Shown here: positions 1-12,909 of the stretch, one piece after another
Numbering within the stretch: the stretch's first letter is position 1
Layout of the letters: each line of letters starts with the position of its first letter
NCBI RefSeq assembly: GCF_020969955.1
Contig: NZ_JAHDSX010000017.1
Coordinates: forward strand, 1-32,000
Direction of reading: 5' to 3'
Origin: Allobaculum fili
GTDB taxonomy: Bacteria > Bacillota_I > Bacilli_A > Erysipelotrichales > Erysipelotrichaceae
DNA length: 32,000 nt
Program-made: the position numbers and the translations under genes
Notes under the pieces: model-generated
Told to the model about the DNA's origin: nothing
The model's database searches: none
What the model saw: the letters and a program-made list of their open reading frames with translations, nothing else

Positions 1-50
1 ACTTTGGAGAAATCGATACCGAGATCGATTGCAGGGATGATTGATTCCAT
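1..50 (-). CDS. 5' end of an unidentified CDS running off the left edge (MESIIPAIDLGIDFSK...)
   Basis: ATG at 50-48 on the minus strand, with AAGGAGG (revcomp of 58-64) 7 nt upstream. The frame stays open to position 1. Too short to name. Confidence 0.4.
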   Translation of the reverse strand, partial: MESIIPAIDLGIDFSK

Positions 51-156
51 GAAAAAGCCTCCTTGAATAAAGGAATTATCCCAAGGAGGCGGTCGAGAAA
101 ATACCCGTCTTTTATTTGACGCTTACGGTCAGCGCGTTCGTTTGCGAGCTTGCTCC

Positions 157-186
157 AAAATAAAACCAGCCGGGGATTCCGGCTGG
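157..186 (-). terminator. Rho-independent terminator after the 205..939 gene
   Basis: Perfect 8-bp stem CCAGCCGG/CCGGCTGG (166-173 / 179-186) with a 5-nt loop, followed on the minus strand by TTTTATTTT (157-165). Confidence 0.6.
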
Positions 187-204
187 CTGTCTGTTTCAAA
201 TGTT

Positions 205-939
205 CTACTGGTAGTAAATGAAGTTTCCGTATTCGTCGTAGTAGCCGAGATTTTCATCCGGCAGAGCTTCCTGCTGCGCGTTGGGATCTTCGGCCGGCTG
301 TTCGGCTGCAGAATCCTGCGCAGGCGCCTGCGGCGTCTGAGCTTCCTTCTTGCGCACCTGTTCGGCGAGTTCCGGATTTTTCGGCTGGGTAATGTGATCC
401 ACCACAAAGTCGCTGGCGGCCGCGGTTTTCAGCAGCTTGGTGAAGTGCCAGCCGTCGGCGGGATGCTGATCGTCGACGATGTAGTTGTAAGCGGAAATTT
501 CCAGATCGTAGTTTTTACCGTTTTCCGAATTCGTGAAGTACGTATCGATCGGCAGGTAGTTGTTGACGATGTCGTACGCCTGGCGGCACGCTTCTTCGAG
601 AATCGCGTTGTCCGCATTGTCGACCATGTTCAGGTTGACGCGCAGGGTGGCGGATTCGAGATTGATCGTGGCGCTTTCTACGCCGCCGATCGTAAGCAGA
701 TCGCCCTGAATGGCATTCATCTGCGAATCCTGAATGCGCGGCTGCAGGTCGTTGACGCCAAAGCGATTTCCTTCAACGGGGTGGTTGTTGCCCTGTGCAC
801 TGGTCAGCAGGACGTAACCGACAATGAGGAACGGAATCAGAATGATGATCAGAGTAAACCAGACGAGCTTGTGGCCCTGTTTGACTTTCTCCTTTTTCGG
901 CTTTCTGACCCGTTTCGTTTTTTTAGGTGTATCGGGCAT
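205..939 (-). CDS. Membrane-anchored hypothetical protein with a basic N-terminus, one TM helix, an extracytoplasmic domain and a Q/A/E/P-rich tail
   Basis: I place the start at MPDTPKK (ATG 939-937) because GGAGAG sits about 6 nt upstream; the track's longer start at 1026 has no such support. KKTKRVRKPKKEKVK is followed by the hydrophobic LVWFTLIIILIPFLIVGYVLL. No family recognised. Confidence 0.75.
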   Translation of the reverse strand: MPDTPKKTKRVRKPKKEKVKQGHKLVWFTLIIILIPFLIVGYVLLTSAQGNNHPVEGNRFGVNDLQPRIQDSQMNAIQGDLLTIGGVESATINLESATLRVNLNMVDNADNAILEEACRQAYDIVNNYLPIDTYFTNSENGKNYDLEISAYNYIVDDQHPADGWHFTKLLKTAAASDFVVDHITQPKNPELAEQVRKKEAQTPQAPAQDSAAEQPAEDPNAQQEALPDENLGYYDEYGNFIYYQ

Positions 940-1119
940 AGTTCTCTCCAATTCATTTCCATCAGCTGCCTCAGGCAGCAGTATTTTTTCGTGTCCGGTT
1001 CTGAGCTCTCTCAAAAACCAACACAATCATATCACACGAAGACTTTTGTGATGGCTGAGGCCGGCCGCGTGAACAAACTGTTAGAAAACTCCGGTTTTCC
1101 CTTTGTTCAAAGGGAGAAT

Positions 1120-2541
1120 TTACCGTTTGTTCAGTTCCTGAACGAGCAGACCGTTGGCCTTTTTCGGGTTGGCCTGGCCTTTGGACGCCTTCATGACCTG
1201 ACCCATGAGAAAGCCGACAGCACGGTTTTTGCCGTTCTTGAAGTCTTCGATCGATTTCGGGTTCTGATCGAGTACGGTGTTGATCAGCTCGAGCAGCGCG
1301 CCGTCATCGGACATCTGCTGCATGCCTTTGTCCTTGATCACCTGATCCGGATCGGCGCCCTGCATGACGTCTTCAAAGACTTCCTTGCCCTGCTTGCCGG
1401 AAATGGTACCCTCTTCGATGAGGTTGACCAGACGGGCGATCGCCTTGGCGGAAGCCGGATTTTTCGTAAAGTTCAGGCCGTTTTTATTGAGCCAGGCGCT
1501 CAGATCGCCGATGACCCAGTTGGCGGCCTTCTTGGCGTCTTTTGCATCAGCCATCACGGATTCGTAGAAGTCGGCCATATCGCGGTCGTTGACGAGAACG
1601 GACGCGTCGTAATCGTTGAGGCCAAACTGCTTTTTAAAGCGTTCGAGGCGCTGTTCGGGCAGTTCTTCGAGCGAGTTCTGGATTTCCTCGATCCACTTTT
1701 CATCAAGACGGATCGGGAAAATGTTCGGTTCCGGGAAGTACTTGTAGTCGACATTGCCTTCTTTTTTACGCATGAGCACGGTCGATTTGGTCGGCTCATC
1801 GTAGCGGCGGGTGGACTGTACGATTTCTTCGCCGGCATCCAGCGCAGCGTTCTGGCGTTCGATTTCCGCCTGAACGGCTTTCTGCACGTTGGCGATCGAG
1901 TTCAGGTTTTTGATTTCGACTTTCGTTCCGAGTTTTTCGGGATCGTCGGAAAGCGAAATGTTAATGTCGCAGCGCATGGAACCTTCTTCCATCTTGACGT
2001 CGGAAACGTTCAGATAGAAGAGCGTGCGGCGCAGCGCTTCGACATATGCAGCCGCTTCGGCTGCGGAATGCATATCCGGTCGGGAAACGATTTCGACAAG
2101 CGGCGTGCCGGCGCGGTTGAAGTCGATGTACGTGCCGGTGTCCTTATGGAACTGCTTGGCCGTATCTTCTTCCATGTGAATGCGCTCGATGCGCACTTTC
2201 TTTTCCCCTTCATCGGTCTGGATGAGCACATAGCCGTCCTTGCCGATCGGGTGGAACTGCTGGGTGATCTGGAAGCCTTTGGGCAGATCGGAGTAGTAGT
2301 AGTTTTTCCGGTCGAATTTGACGAGCGGGTCGATCGTGCAGTGCAGACCGGTGCACGCTTTAATAGCCAGGCGGACCGCTTCCTTGTTGACGCAGGGCAG
2401 CGTTCCCGGATGACCGAGGTCGATGACCGAAGTGTTGGTATTGGCCGGATCGCCGAAGGCTACCAGCGCTCCGGAAAACATTTTCGTTTTTGTTTTCAGC
2501 TCGCAATGGATTTCAATTCCAATGGTTACTTCACGCGGCAT
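1120..2541 (-). CDS. gatB: Asp-tRNA(Asn)/Glu-tRNA(Gln) amidotransferase subunit B
   Basis: 473 aa with a GatB-like N-terminus (VIGIEIHCEL) and a C-terminal YqeY-like tail. Overlaps gatA by 16 nt and is last in the gatCAB order. Confidence 0.97.
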   Translation of the reverse strand: MPREVTIGIEIHCELKTKTKMFSGALVAFGDPANTNTSVIDLGHPGTLPCVNKEAVRLAIKACTGLHCTIDPLVKFDRKNYYYSDLPKGFQITQQFHPIGKDGYVLIQTDEGEKKVRIERIHMEEDTAKQFHKDTGTYIDFNRAGTPLVEIVSRPDMHSAAEAAAYVEALRRTLFYLNVSDVKMEEGSMRCDINISLSDDPEKLGTKVEIKNLNSIANVQKAVQAEIERQNAALDAGEEIVQSTRRYDEPTKSTVLMRKKEGNVDYKYFPEPNIFPIRLDEKWIEEIQNSLEELPEQRLERFKKQFGLNDYDASVLVNDRDMADFYESVMADAKDAKKAANWVIGDLSAWLNKNGLNFTKNPASAKAIARLVNLIEEGTISGKQGKEVFEDVMQGADPDQVIKDKGMQQMSDDGALLELINTVLDQNPKSIEDFKNGKNRAVGFLMGQVMKASKGQANPKKANGLLVQELNKR

Positions 2542-3905
2542 GCCGGTTCCTCCTTAAAGTCAATGATTTTCTCGAGCGCAGCGGCCACATCCAGAAGTTC
2601 CTGTTCCTGGAAGGCAGGGGCGTTCAGGTTAATGCCAAACGGCAGACCGTTATCGGCCAGAGAAAGCGGCATCGTCAAAGACGGATAGCCGGAGAAGTTG
2701 GCCAGCTGCATATGCTCTTCTTCGAAGCGGTCCTTGCCAAAGCGGACATCGCTGCTTTCTTCAATGAGCGGCGCGGTATCCGGTGCGGCCGGGGCAAGCA
2801 GCACGTCGCACGAGTCGAACAGTTCTTTCCAGGCGTCGACGAGCAGACGGCGGATTTTCTGCGCCTTGCGGAACAGGCGGTCCTGGTTTTCTTCAAAAAG
2901 GGTGTAGGAGCCGATCACAAAACGGGCGCGCACGTAGCTTGAGAAACCGGCGGTACGGGAATTGGTCATGACTTCTTCGACCGATCCACCCGGCTTGCGC
3001 ACACCAAAGCGGATGCCGTCCAGGTTGGAATGGTTGGCCGTCGCTTCGGCGTTGGCAATCGTCTTGTATACGGGCGCGATGAGATTCATCAGCTTTTCAT
3101 CCATATACAGATCCACAGCTTCTGCACCAGCTGCCTGAATTTTTTCAACGAGTTCGTCAAAATCCTTTTTCAGTTCCGGGCGGGCGATGCGATCGCTGAC
3201 GGTACGGAAAATACCGATTCGCTTGCCCTTTAAATCCGGATTGAGATTTTCTTTATAGTGTTCGACCGGCAGAAAGGAGCTGGTCATGTCATGATCGTCG
3301 CGGCCGGCGAGCACTTCGAGCGCTTCGGCCGCGTCTTCGATAGTGCGGGTAAAGAAGCCGACGGTATCGAGCGAAGAGGCATACGGAATGATGCCGTAGC
3401 GGGAAATGCGTCCATAGGTCGGTTTGAAGCCGACGACACCGCAGAAGGCAGCCGGCTTACGGATGGAGTCGCCGGTATCGGTACCGATGGCAAGGGGCGC
3501 GCAGCCGGCAGCCATCAGGGCCGCACTTCCGCCGGAAGAACCGCCGGTAATGTGGGCGGGATTCCACGGGTTGCAGGCCGGACCGGTCGATGCGTTGCGG
3601 TTGGTCCCGCCCATGCCGAGTTCATCCATGCTGGACTTGGCGACGATGACGGCGCCAGCGTTTTTCAGTTTTTCAACGATCGTGGCATCGTAGACCGGCA
3701 CGTAGTTGTCGAGAATTTTCGAGCTGGCGGTCGTACGGATGCCTTTTGTGCTGACGTTGTCCTTGAGGACAACCGGAATGCCAGAAAGAAGGCCCTGAAC
3801 GGGATTTTCCTGCGGTTCGCTTACGATGGTGACCGCCGCGTTCAGCGTCGGCTGGAGCGCCTCAATCTGGGCTGCGGATTCGTTTGGAGTCAGACGGGTT
3901 TTCAT
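2526..3905 (-). CDS. gatA: Asp-tRNA(Asn)/Glu-tRNA(Gln) amidotransferase subunit A (amidase signature family)
   Basis: 459 aa with the amidase signature GGSSGGSAA and a VLKDN motif. Its ATG directly abuts the gatC stop. Confidence 0.97.
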   Translation of the reverse strand: MKTRLTPNESAAQIEALQPTLNAAVTIVSEPQENPVQGLLSGIPVVLKDNVSTKGIRTTASSKILDNYVPVYDATIVEKLKNAGAVIVAKSSMDELGMGGTNRNASTGPACNPWNPAHITGGSSGGSAALMAAGCAPLAIGTDTGDSIRKPAAFCGVVGFKPTYGRISRYGIIPYASSLDTVGFFTRTIEDAAEALEVLAGRDDHDMTSSFLPVEHYKENLNPDLKGKRIGIFRTVSDRIARPELKKDFDELVEKIQAAGAEAVDLYMDEKLMNLIAPVYKTIANAEATANHSNLDGIRFGVRKPGGSVEEVMTNSRTAGFSSYVRARFVIGSYTLFEENQDRLFRKAQKIRRLLVDAWKELFDSCDVLLAPAAPDTAPLIEESSDVRFGKDRFEEEHMQLANFSGYPSLTMPLSLADNGLPFGINLNAPAFQEQELLDVAAALEKIIDFKEEPACRVK

Positions 3906-4199
3906 TTATTTCACCACCTTTGGAACATGAACGTGTCCCATGCGTACATCCGGCACGTTCTCAAGTGCTTCCTCGCGGGAGAGCACATCGCATACGGTAT
4001 CTTCCCGTAAAAATACGGTTTCGTCTTCAAAGGGATAAATCATCGGTTCCACCCCTTCGGTGTCGATACTCTCGAAGAGTTCAACCTGGGCTTCCACCGC
4101 CTGAAAGTCCTTTTTAAGCTCTTCAATTTCCGCATCGCTCAGATCAAATTTCAGATCCGAGGCCAGTTTGCGAAAATATTCGGTTGAAAATTTTTCCAT
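3906..4199 (-). CDS. gatC: Asp-tRNA(Asn)/Glu-tRNA(Gln) amidotransferase subunit C
   Basis: 97 aa, acidic, first gene of the gatCAB cluster. GAAAGGAAAC lies upstream of the ATG at 4199. Confidence 0.93.
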   Translation of the reverse strand: MEKFSTEYFRKLASDLKFDLSDAEIEELKKDFQAVEAQVELFESIDTEGVEPMIYPFEDETVFLREDTVCDVLSREEALENVPDVRMGHVHVPKVVK

Positions 4200-4336
4200 C
4201 GGTTTCCTTTCTTTCTGTGCTGTTCTGTTTATCTGGCCGGAAAACCGGCTGAAAACGAGCGGCCTGTACGTTTCGCTGGATTCAAAGGGCTTTTAAAGCC
4301 GCCGGATCCGAAAAGCAGAAGCCTCTCGTTTCTGTC

Positions 4337-7571
<3,235 letters not shown>

Positions 7572-7675
7572 TTATTCGTACATATTCTTTTCTTATGTAT
7601 TTCTTTATTCCTGTTCGGATTACAGCCTGCCGCATACTGCGCGGCGGGCCTGAAAAGGAAATGAAACCATCGTCC

Positions 7676-7704
7676 ATTGTATCAAAGTGCACCCCGCTTG
7701 TCGC
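7676..7704 (-). promoter_or_regulatory. Candidate sigma-A promoter for ligA (GCGACA, 17 nt spacer, TGaTACAAT)
   Basis: On the minus strand, TACAAT (7681-7676) is preceded by TG at the extended -10 position, and GCGACA (7704-7699) lies after a 17-nt spacer. This would give a roughly 220-nt leader. Confidence 0.3.
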
Positions 7705-7723
7705 AGGCGGCTAAGGACGGGTT

Positions 7724-10003
7724 TCAGCTGGCGAGATCTTCGGGATCGACGTCGGCTAACGGCGTAATGAAGTTCGCGTTAATCTTTTTGACGTGATCGT
7801 ATCCGTCAAACTGAATCTGGATAATATCGCCGGAAACGTCGAGGATCGTTCCCTGCTTGAACTTATTGTGGAAAATCCGATCGCCCTTATGGTACGTCAC
7901 CTTTTTCGGTCTGGACTTGGCGCGTGCCGCAAGGGTACGGGCCGACTTCATGCGCTTCTCGCGATTTTCGACCAGTTTGGCGATCTTTTCGCCGGTCTGT
8001 CTCGACGTTTTGACGTCCTTTTTCTCCTGCTCCAAATCGCTCAGTTCCGGTACGGGACCAGGACGGCGCATGTGGGCAGTCAGCGTATCGGGAATTTCGT
8101 CGATAAACTGCGAAGGAATTCGATTGCCCTGCTGACTGTACATATAGCCGGTGTTCCACGTCAGAAACAGAAGGTCCTTTGCGCGGGTCATGGCGACGTA
8201 CATGAGGCGCCGCTCTTCTTCCATGCCTTCTTTTCCGCTTTCCATAACGGAGCGCATGGACGGAAACGTGTCTTCATACAGGCCGCTCACGAACACCACC
8301 GGGTATTCCATGCCCTTGGCGGTATGGACCGTAGAAAGGGTGACGGCGTTGCGGTCTTCTTCGTCGATGCGGCCGGTGTAAATCGCCAGATTGCTTAAGT
8401 ATTCATCGAGGGTGAGGGTCGCGTCGTTGGAATAGGCGGCGGTAATATCGCTCTCGAGCGCACCGATGTTCTGCATGCGCTCTTCGACTTCATCCATCGC
8501 CAGCGATTTCTTATAGCCGGTCTCTTCGACGACCGCGTCGACCAGACCGAGCAGACCGTACTTTTCATAGCGCGCCTGAATGCGGTCGAGCACATCGATA
8601 AAGGATCTGGCCCTGGCCGCATTGACGGTTTTTGGATCACGCAGCACATCGAGCATGCTTAATCCTCGATCCTGACTTTCCTTGCGCAGCGTATCCATGA
8701 ATTTTGGACCGATTTTGCGGCTTGGCACATTGATGATGCGCTCGAGATACAGATCCTGGCTCATGAACGCCGGATCATCGGGATCCGGTTTGCGCAGAAG
8801 AAAGAGGTAGGCCAGGATGTCCTTGATTTCCTTGCGCTCGAAGAAGCGGATGCCGCCCAGAATGCGGTACGGAATTTTCTGCTTTACGAGTTCTTTTTCA
8901 AAAATACGGGAAATATAGTTGGCCCGGTACAGAACCGCAATATCTTTATACGGAACGGGCTTGAGATCCTTGGCGCCGATCGAATGAAGACGGGCGATCA
9001 TCATCGCCACAAAGCTGGCTTCGCTTTCGTCTTCCATGCCCCCAAAGGTAAGGATCGGCTGCGCGCTTGGACGCGTGGAAAACAGATCTTTTTTCACGCG
9101 GTTGCGGTTGTTGGCGATCAGCGCGTTGGACGCGTCGAGAATGACCTGTGTTGAACGGTAGTTCTGATCGAGGATAATCGTTTTTGCATCGGGGAAATCT
9201 TTTTCGAAATCCATGATGATGGAAACCGAAGCGCCGCGCCACGAATAAATAGTCTGGTCCGGATCGCCGACGACCACGAGCTGGGCATCGGGGCGAACGA
9301 GTTTTCGAATCAGGGAATACTGGATCGGGTCGGTATCCTGAAACTCGTCGACGTGAATGTAGTCAAGACGGTTTTGCCACTTGGTGCGGACGACTTCGTT
9401 TTCGGTAAGGAGAGCATCCGTATTGAGAAGCAGATCGTCAAAGTCCATGGCGAACATTTCGTTCTGTTCGCGAAGGTATTCGGCATAAATCGTCGTCAGC
9501 ACGTGTCCGTCCGGCGTATCGGCCAGAACGCGCGCTTTCTCCGGATCGACCTGTTCGCGCTTGCATGAAGAAATGAAGCTGAGAATCTGCCCGGCGGGAT
9601 ATTTCTTATTATCGAATCCTTTTTCCTTGCGAATGCGGCTGACCATGGATTTCTGGTCGTCCCCATCGAGGATGGTGAAGTTGGACGGATAGCCGGCCGC
9701 TTTGGCGTCCATGCGCAAAATGCGGGCGCACAGCGAGTGAATCGTCGAAATGCGCACGTCACCCGCTTCTTCAGGCAGGATTGCCTCAAGGCGGTCTTTC
9801 ATTTCCCGGGCAGCCTTGTTGGTGAAGGTGATCGCCATGATCCGGCTGGGGTACACATCCGCTTCACGGATCAGATATTCAATGCGGGCCATCAGTACGC
9901 TGGTCTTGCCCGATCCGGCGCCGGCGACAATGCGCAGCGGCCGGTCCAGACAGCACACCGCTTCTTTCTGTGCCGGGTTCAGTTTCTCCATCAACTCGCT
10001 CAT
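7724..10003 (-). CDS. pcrA: ATP-dependent DNA helicase PcrA (UvrD/Rep superfamily 1)
   Basis: 759 aa with Walker A AGAGSGKT, DEFQDT, helicase motifs VGDPDQTIYSWRGA and TVHTAKGMEYPVVF, and a C-terminal Tudor-like tail. GAGGGAAG serves as the RBS. Confidence 0.97.
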   Translation of the reverse strand: MSELMEKLNPAQKEAVCCLDRPLRIVAGAGSGKTSVLMARIEYLIREADVYPSRIMAITFTNKAAREMKDRLEAILPEEAGDVRISTIHSLCARILRMDAKAAGYPSNFTILDGDDQKSMVSRIRKEKGFDNKKYPAGQILSFISSCKREQVDPEKARVLADTPDGHVLTTIYAEYLREQNEMFAMDFDDLLLNTDALLTENEVVRTKWQNRLDYIHVDEFQDTDPIQYSLIRKLVRPDAQLVVVGDPDQTIYSWRGASVSIIMDFEKDFPDAKTIILDQNYRSTQVILDASNALIANNRNRVKKDLFSTRPSAQPILTFGGMEDESEASFVAMMIARLHSIGAKDLKPVPYKDIAVLYRANYISRIFEKELVKQKIPYRILGGIRFFERKEIKDILAYLFLLRKPDPDDPAFMSQDLYLERIINVPSRKIGPKFMDTLRKESQDRGLSMLDVLRDPKTVNAARARSFIDVLDRIQARYEKYGLLGLVDAVVEETGYKKSLAMDEVEERMQNIGALESDITAAYSNDATLTLDEYLSNLAIYTGRIDEEDRNAVTLSTVHTAKGMEYPVVFVSGLYEDTFPSMRSVMESGKEGMEEERRLMYVAMTRAKDLLFLTWNTGYMYSQQGNRIPSQFIDEIPDTLTAHMRRPGPVPELSDLEQEKKDVKTSRQTGEKIAKLVENREKRMKSARTLAARAKSRPKKVTYHKGDRIFHNKFKQGTILDVSGDIIQIQFDGYDHVKKINANFITPLADVDPEDLAS

Positions 10004-10095
10004 TCTGCTTCCCTCTTCTTTTCTCGAAAAAGCGGTCGAAATCCGATCTCTGACCGCATCGTTTTGCCCGTTCGGGCGGTAAGAATCGTCCTGTT

Positions 10096-10104
10096 ATTAT
10101 ACCA
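10096..10104 (-). promoter_or_regulatory. Extended -10 promoter element TGGTATAAT upstream of pcrA
   Basis: The revcomp of 10096-10104 reads TGGTATAAT, about 90 nt upstream of the pcrA ATG. No good -35 is present. Confidence 0.4.
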
Positions 10105-10516
10105 TGCTCCCCCATGCCCGAAAGGCAGGCGCAGGTCTGTACAAATGTGGGTACTCTTTTCGTTTACCTGGCGGAATGTTTGAACAATTTAGTCCGTATG
10201 AATTTATTTCTTCATTGAATGGATAATAAAACATCTATCGTATACGGAAAACGCCGTTTTTCGGATCCTGGCGGCTCCAATTGTCTGCATATGCATACAA
10301 AGGATTACCGCTTTGTTTTTTGTCGGCTAAAGTAAAGACAGCAGGAAGCGATTTACCATCTTCCGGCATGGATCCGGCAGCCGGATCTGTGTCCGCACCT
10401 GCGCCTGCCAATCTCTCCGCCTCCTGAAAAGAAATCCGCACTCCAGGCGGCGCAGCAAAAGATGGTACTGTTGCTCATCCCCGTAAAAAAGGAAAGAAAG
10501 AAGGAAACGGATCCTC

Positions 10517-11248
10517 ATGAATGCAGCCGCAAAGTATTACCAGCATGCTTCCAGCCTTCTCGATCAGACATTTGAAGACGAAGAAGCTCACATTCAGCAA
10601 GCCGCCTCGCTGCTGACAGACAGCTGTCTGCAGGGCGGACGAATTTACGTATTTGGTTCCGGCCATTCGCACATGATGGCTGAAGAAGTGTACGCCCGCG
10701 CCGGCGGACTGGCGCTCATTAAAGCTATCCTTCCCCAGGAGCTGATGGTCATCGACTTCCCGACCAAGTCGACCGGTCTCGAGCGCATTTCCGGCTATGC
10801 CGCCTCGCTGCTTGAGCTGTACAAGCTCGATGAAAAGGACACGATTGTCATCATCTCCAACTCCGGAAGAAACAGCGTACCCGTGGAAATGGCGCAGGCC
10901 GCCAGAGAAAAAGGTGCCAAAGTCATAGCTCTGACTTCTCTGGCTCACTCGAAAGCGTGCACGTCCCGCGCGCCGTCGGGCAAGCGGCTCTTTGAGCTTG
11001 CCGATGTCGTTCTCGACAACCACGCCCCCAAAGGCGATGCCTCTCTGGAAATTGAAGGCTGCGATACGCCCGTCGGCCCGGTTTCCAACTTCCTGGGCAT
11101 TTTCCTGATGGATGCCATGATGACGCAGGTCATTGAAAACCTCGCCAAAGCCGGCAGGAAGCCGCCCGTCTTTGTCAGCTCGAACGTGGACGGCGGCGAC
11201 GAAGTCAACCGCAGACTGTTCGAAACGTATTACGGCTACTGGAAATAA
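10517..11248 (+). CDS. SIS (sugar isomerase) domain protein, UPF0309-like
   Basis: 243 aa. Has the SIS-type motif VFGSGHSHMMAEE and a second nucleotide-binding-like segment IIISNSGRN. Purine-rich RBS GAAGGAAA. Confidence 0.88.
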   Translation: MNAAAKYYQHASSLLDQTFEDEEAHIQQAASLLTDSCLQGGRIYVFGSGHSHMMAEEVYARAGGLALIKAILPQELMVIDFPTKSTGLERISGYAASLLELYKLDEKDTIVIISNSGRNSVPVEMAQAAREKGAKVIALTSLAHSKACTSRAPSGKRLFELADVVLDNHAPKGDASLEIEGCDTPVGPVSNFLGIFLMDAMMTQVIENLAKAGRKPPVFVSSNVDGGDEVNRRLFETYYGYWK

Positions 11249-11271
11249 AAACCTGCCTCTGTCTTAAAAGA

Positions 11272-11310
11272 CGGCCGCTCTGCTCTGCACAGAACGGCCG
11301 CTTTGTTTTT
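11272..11310 (+). terminator. Terminator after the SIS gene
   Basis: CGGCCG (11272-77) pairs with CGGCCG (11295-300), with an inner TCTG/CAGA stem, then CTTTGTTTTT. Confidence 0.5.
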
Positions 11311-11412
11311 GGGAAATCTCAGGCTGGAAAACTTTTGGCGAATGCTTTTGCCGGATCGGCTGTGCGAATCTGCCCGGCGGATCGGTGCGCAAAATCTGCC
11401 GGGTCATGCATA

Positions 11413-11449
11413 GAAAAAGGAAGCCAGACGCGTTTATACGCCGGCTTCC
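11413..11449 (-). terminator. Terminator after the 11540..12715 gene
   Basis: GGAAGCC (11419-25) and GGCTTCC (11443-49) form a 7-bp stem, followed on the minus strand by TTTTTC. Confidence 0.6.
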
Positions 11450-11539
11450 CTGTCTTGCTTCGTTTTGGCTGAGGGTCTTCGGTTTTATCATCCCGCACAT
11501 CCTGCAGGTATGAAGTCTCAAAACTTCTTCTTGCTTTGA

Positions 11540-12715
11540 CTAAAGGGTGGTAAAGCCGGATTCTTCAATGCACGTCTTCAAATAGTCGCGTTCCGCTTCG
11601 CTGCGCGCTACGCCATGAATATAGAGATCGCGCATGTTGTCGCGGATCATGGCATCGATCGTGTAAATGCCATCCTGCTTGTATTCTTCCAGCCACAGGA
11701 CGCTGTCGTCCTTGCGGAACTCCGGCTCCTGTTCCTGTACGCTTTTCAAGTCAGGAAGAATGGACGGCTGCTTGGAAGCCTGCAGCAGCCAGGCCCATTC
11801 CTGTTCTTCTTTGAATGGAGAAGTCAGGAAAACGGACTGTGTGGCTGGATCGTAGCTTCTCTCTGCAGTACCCGCAGCTACAATCCGCACGTCTTCAAAG
11901 ATGTGGTAGACTTCGCGTGTCCGATACGAGACAGCTTCCCCGTCCATTTCGATGGCTCCTTCCAGTTTGTTGTCGCGTCCGAGAACAGAAATCAGTTTCT
12001 TATAGGCGTCAATTGGAAGTCCAAACGTCGGGTCAAGACGGAAGGCGATTTCGAGATCATCACAGATTTCGTTGGCCACCTTTTCCGTCTGTTCGTTCAT
12101 TTTGGAAAATTCGCCGTAGCTTTCCTTGGCCAGAAGCGTCAGGGCTGCGTTGCGGAAAAAGCGTCCGTCGCGATCCCAGTTGTTCCAGACATAAAAATGA
12201 TCCATGAGTTCAGCCGCATCCTTTGCGCGGAATTCGTGTTCATCCATGTCGCCGCTGGCGGTCAGAATCTGTCCTGCCTCTGCTTTGGGCAGATAGTACG
12301 TTTCATCGAACATATAGTTTCGATCTTTAAATCCGGGTTCTTCCAGAACGAGCTGACGGACATAATCGATCTCCTGCTCGTACTGCTGCACCAGACGGTC
12401 AAAATTTTCGTCCCTGGCATAGTCGAGATCGTCATCGAGCTCATAGTCTCCGGGAATTTCTTCTTCAATGTCTTTAAACAGATCGACCACAAACGCGTGG
12501 AAGCCAGGACCGCCGTGACGGGTATTGGAAGAAAGAATCAGATCCTTTCCATCTTCTCTGGCGACGATTTTTCCCTGCGGGCAGACCAGAATTTCAACAT
12601 GGCCGCCGCGCTCTTCAATCTGAACGCCTTCCCGCTCGCAAAGTGCGCCGAGCACTTCATACAGTTCTTCCATCTGTTTCTCTTCTCTGTTTTTACAGAT
12701 CAGCTGAACAAACAT
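11540..12715 (-). CDS. Hypothetical acidic cytoplasmic protein (391 aa), no family recognised
   Basis: Long ORF with protein-like composition and its own terminator. I choose the start at MFVQLIC (ATG 12715) because GAAAGGA lies 8 nt upstream. No TM segment or signal peptide. Confidence 0.8.
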   Translation of the reverse strand: MFVQLICKNREEKQMEELYEVLGALCEREGVQIEERGGHVEILVCPQGKIVAREDGKDLILSSNTRHGGPGFHAFVVDLFKDIEEEIPGDYELDDDLDYARDENFDRLVQQYEQEIDYVRQLVLEEPGFKDRNYMFDETYYLPKAEAGQILTASGDMDEHEFRAKDAAELMDHFYVWNNWDRDGRFFRNAALTLLAKESYGEFSKMNEQTEKVANEICDDLEIAFRLDPTFGLPIDAYKKLISVLGRDNKLEGAIEMDGEAVSYRTREVYHIFEDVRIVAAGTAERSYDPATQSVFLTSPFKEEQEWAWLLQASKQPSILPDLKSVQEQEPEFRKDDSVLWLEEYKQDGIYTIDAMIRDNMRDLYIHGVARSEAERDYLKTCIEESGFTTL

Positions 12716-12909
12716 GATTAACATCCTTTCTGTTCTAAATAGGACCACAAGTATTATTTCATTTTTTGGCATCGCCCATTGGGCTCATGCCCGATCTGCC
12801 TTTTTTCATGCGGTACGGCCTGATCCGGGCGCGGTCAAAAACGAAACATCGTTGCGGCCGGTCATTTTCTTTGAATCGATTATACTGTTGTTGATTAGAG
12901 GTATCGATT

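Noticed and set aside
142-2688. 848-aa plus-strand ORF, the longest plus-strand frame at the left end
   Set aside because: It lies antisense to gatB and the 205..939 gene. Its translation is V/F/R/G-rich with no recognisable motifs, which is a typical shadow ORF opposite GC3-rich genes.
10235-10441. 68-aa minus-strand ORF upstream of pcrA
   Set aside because: It starts at GTG with no SD, the internal ATG also lacks an SD, and no motif is present. The region is more simply the pcrA/SIS divergent promoter region.
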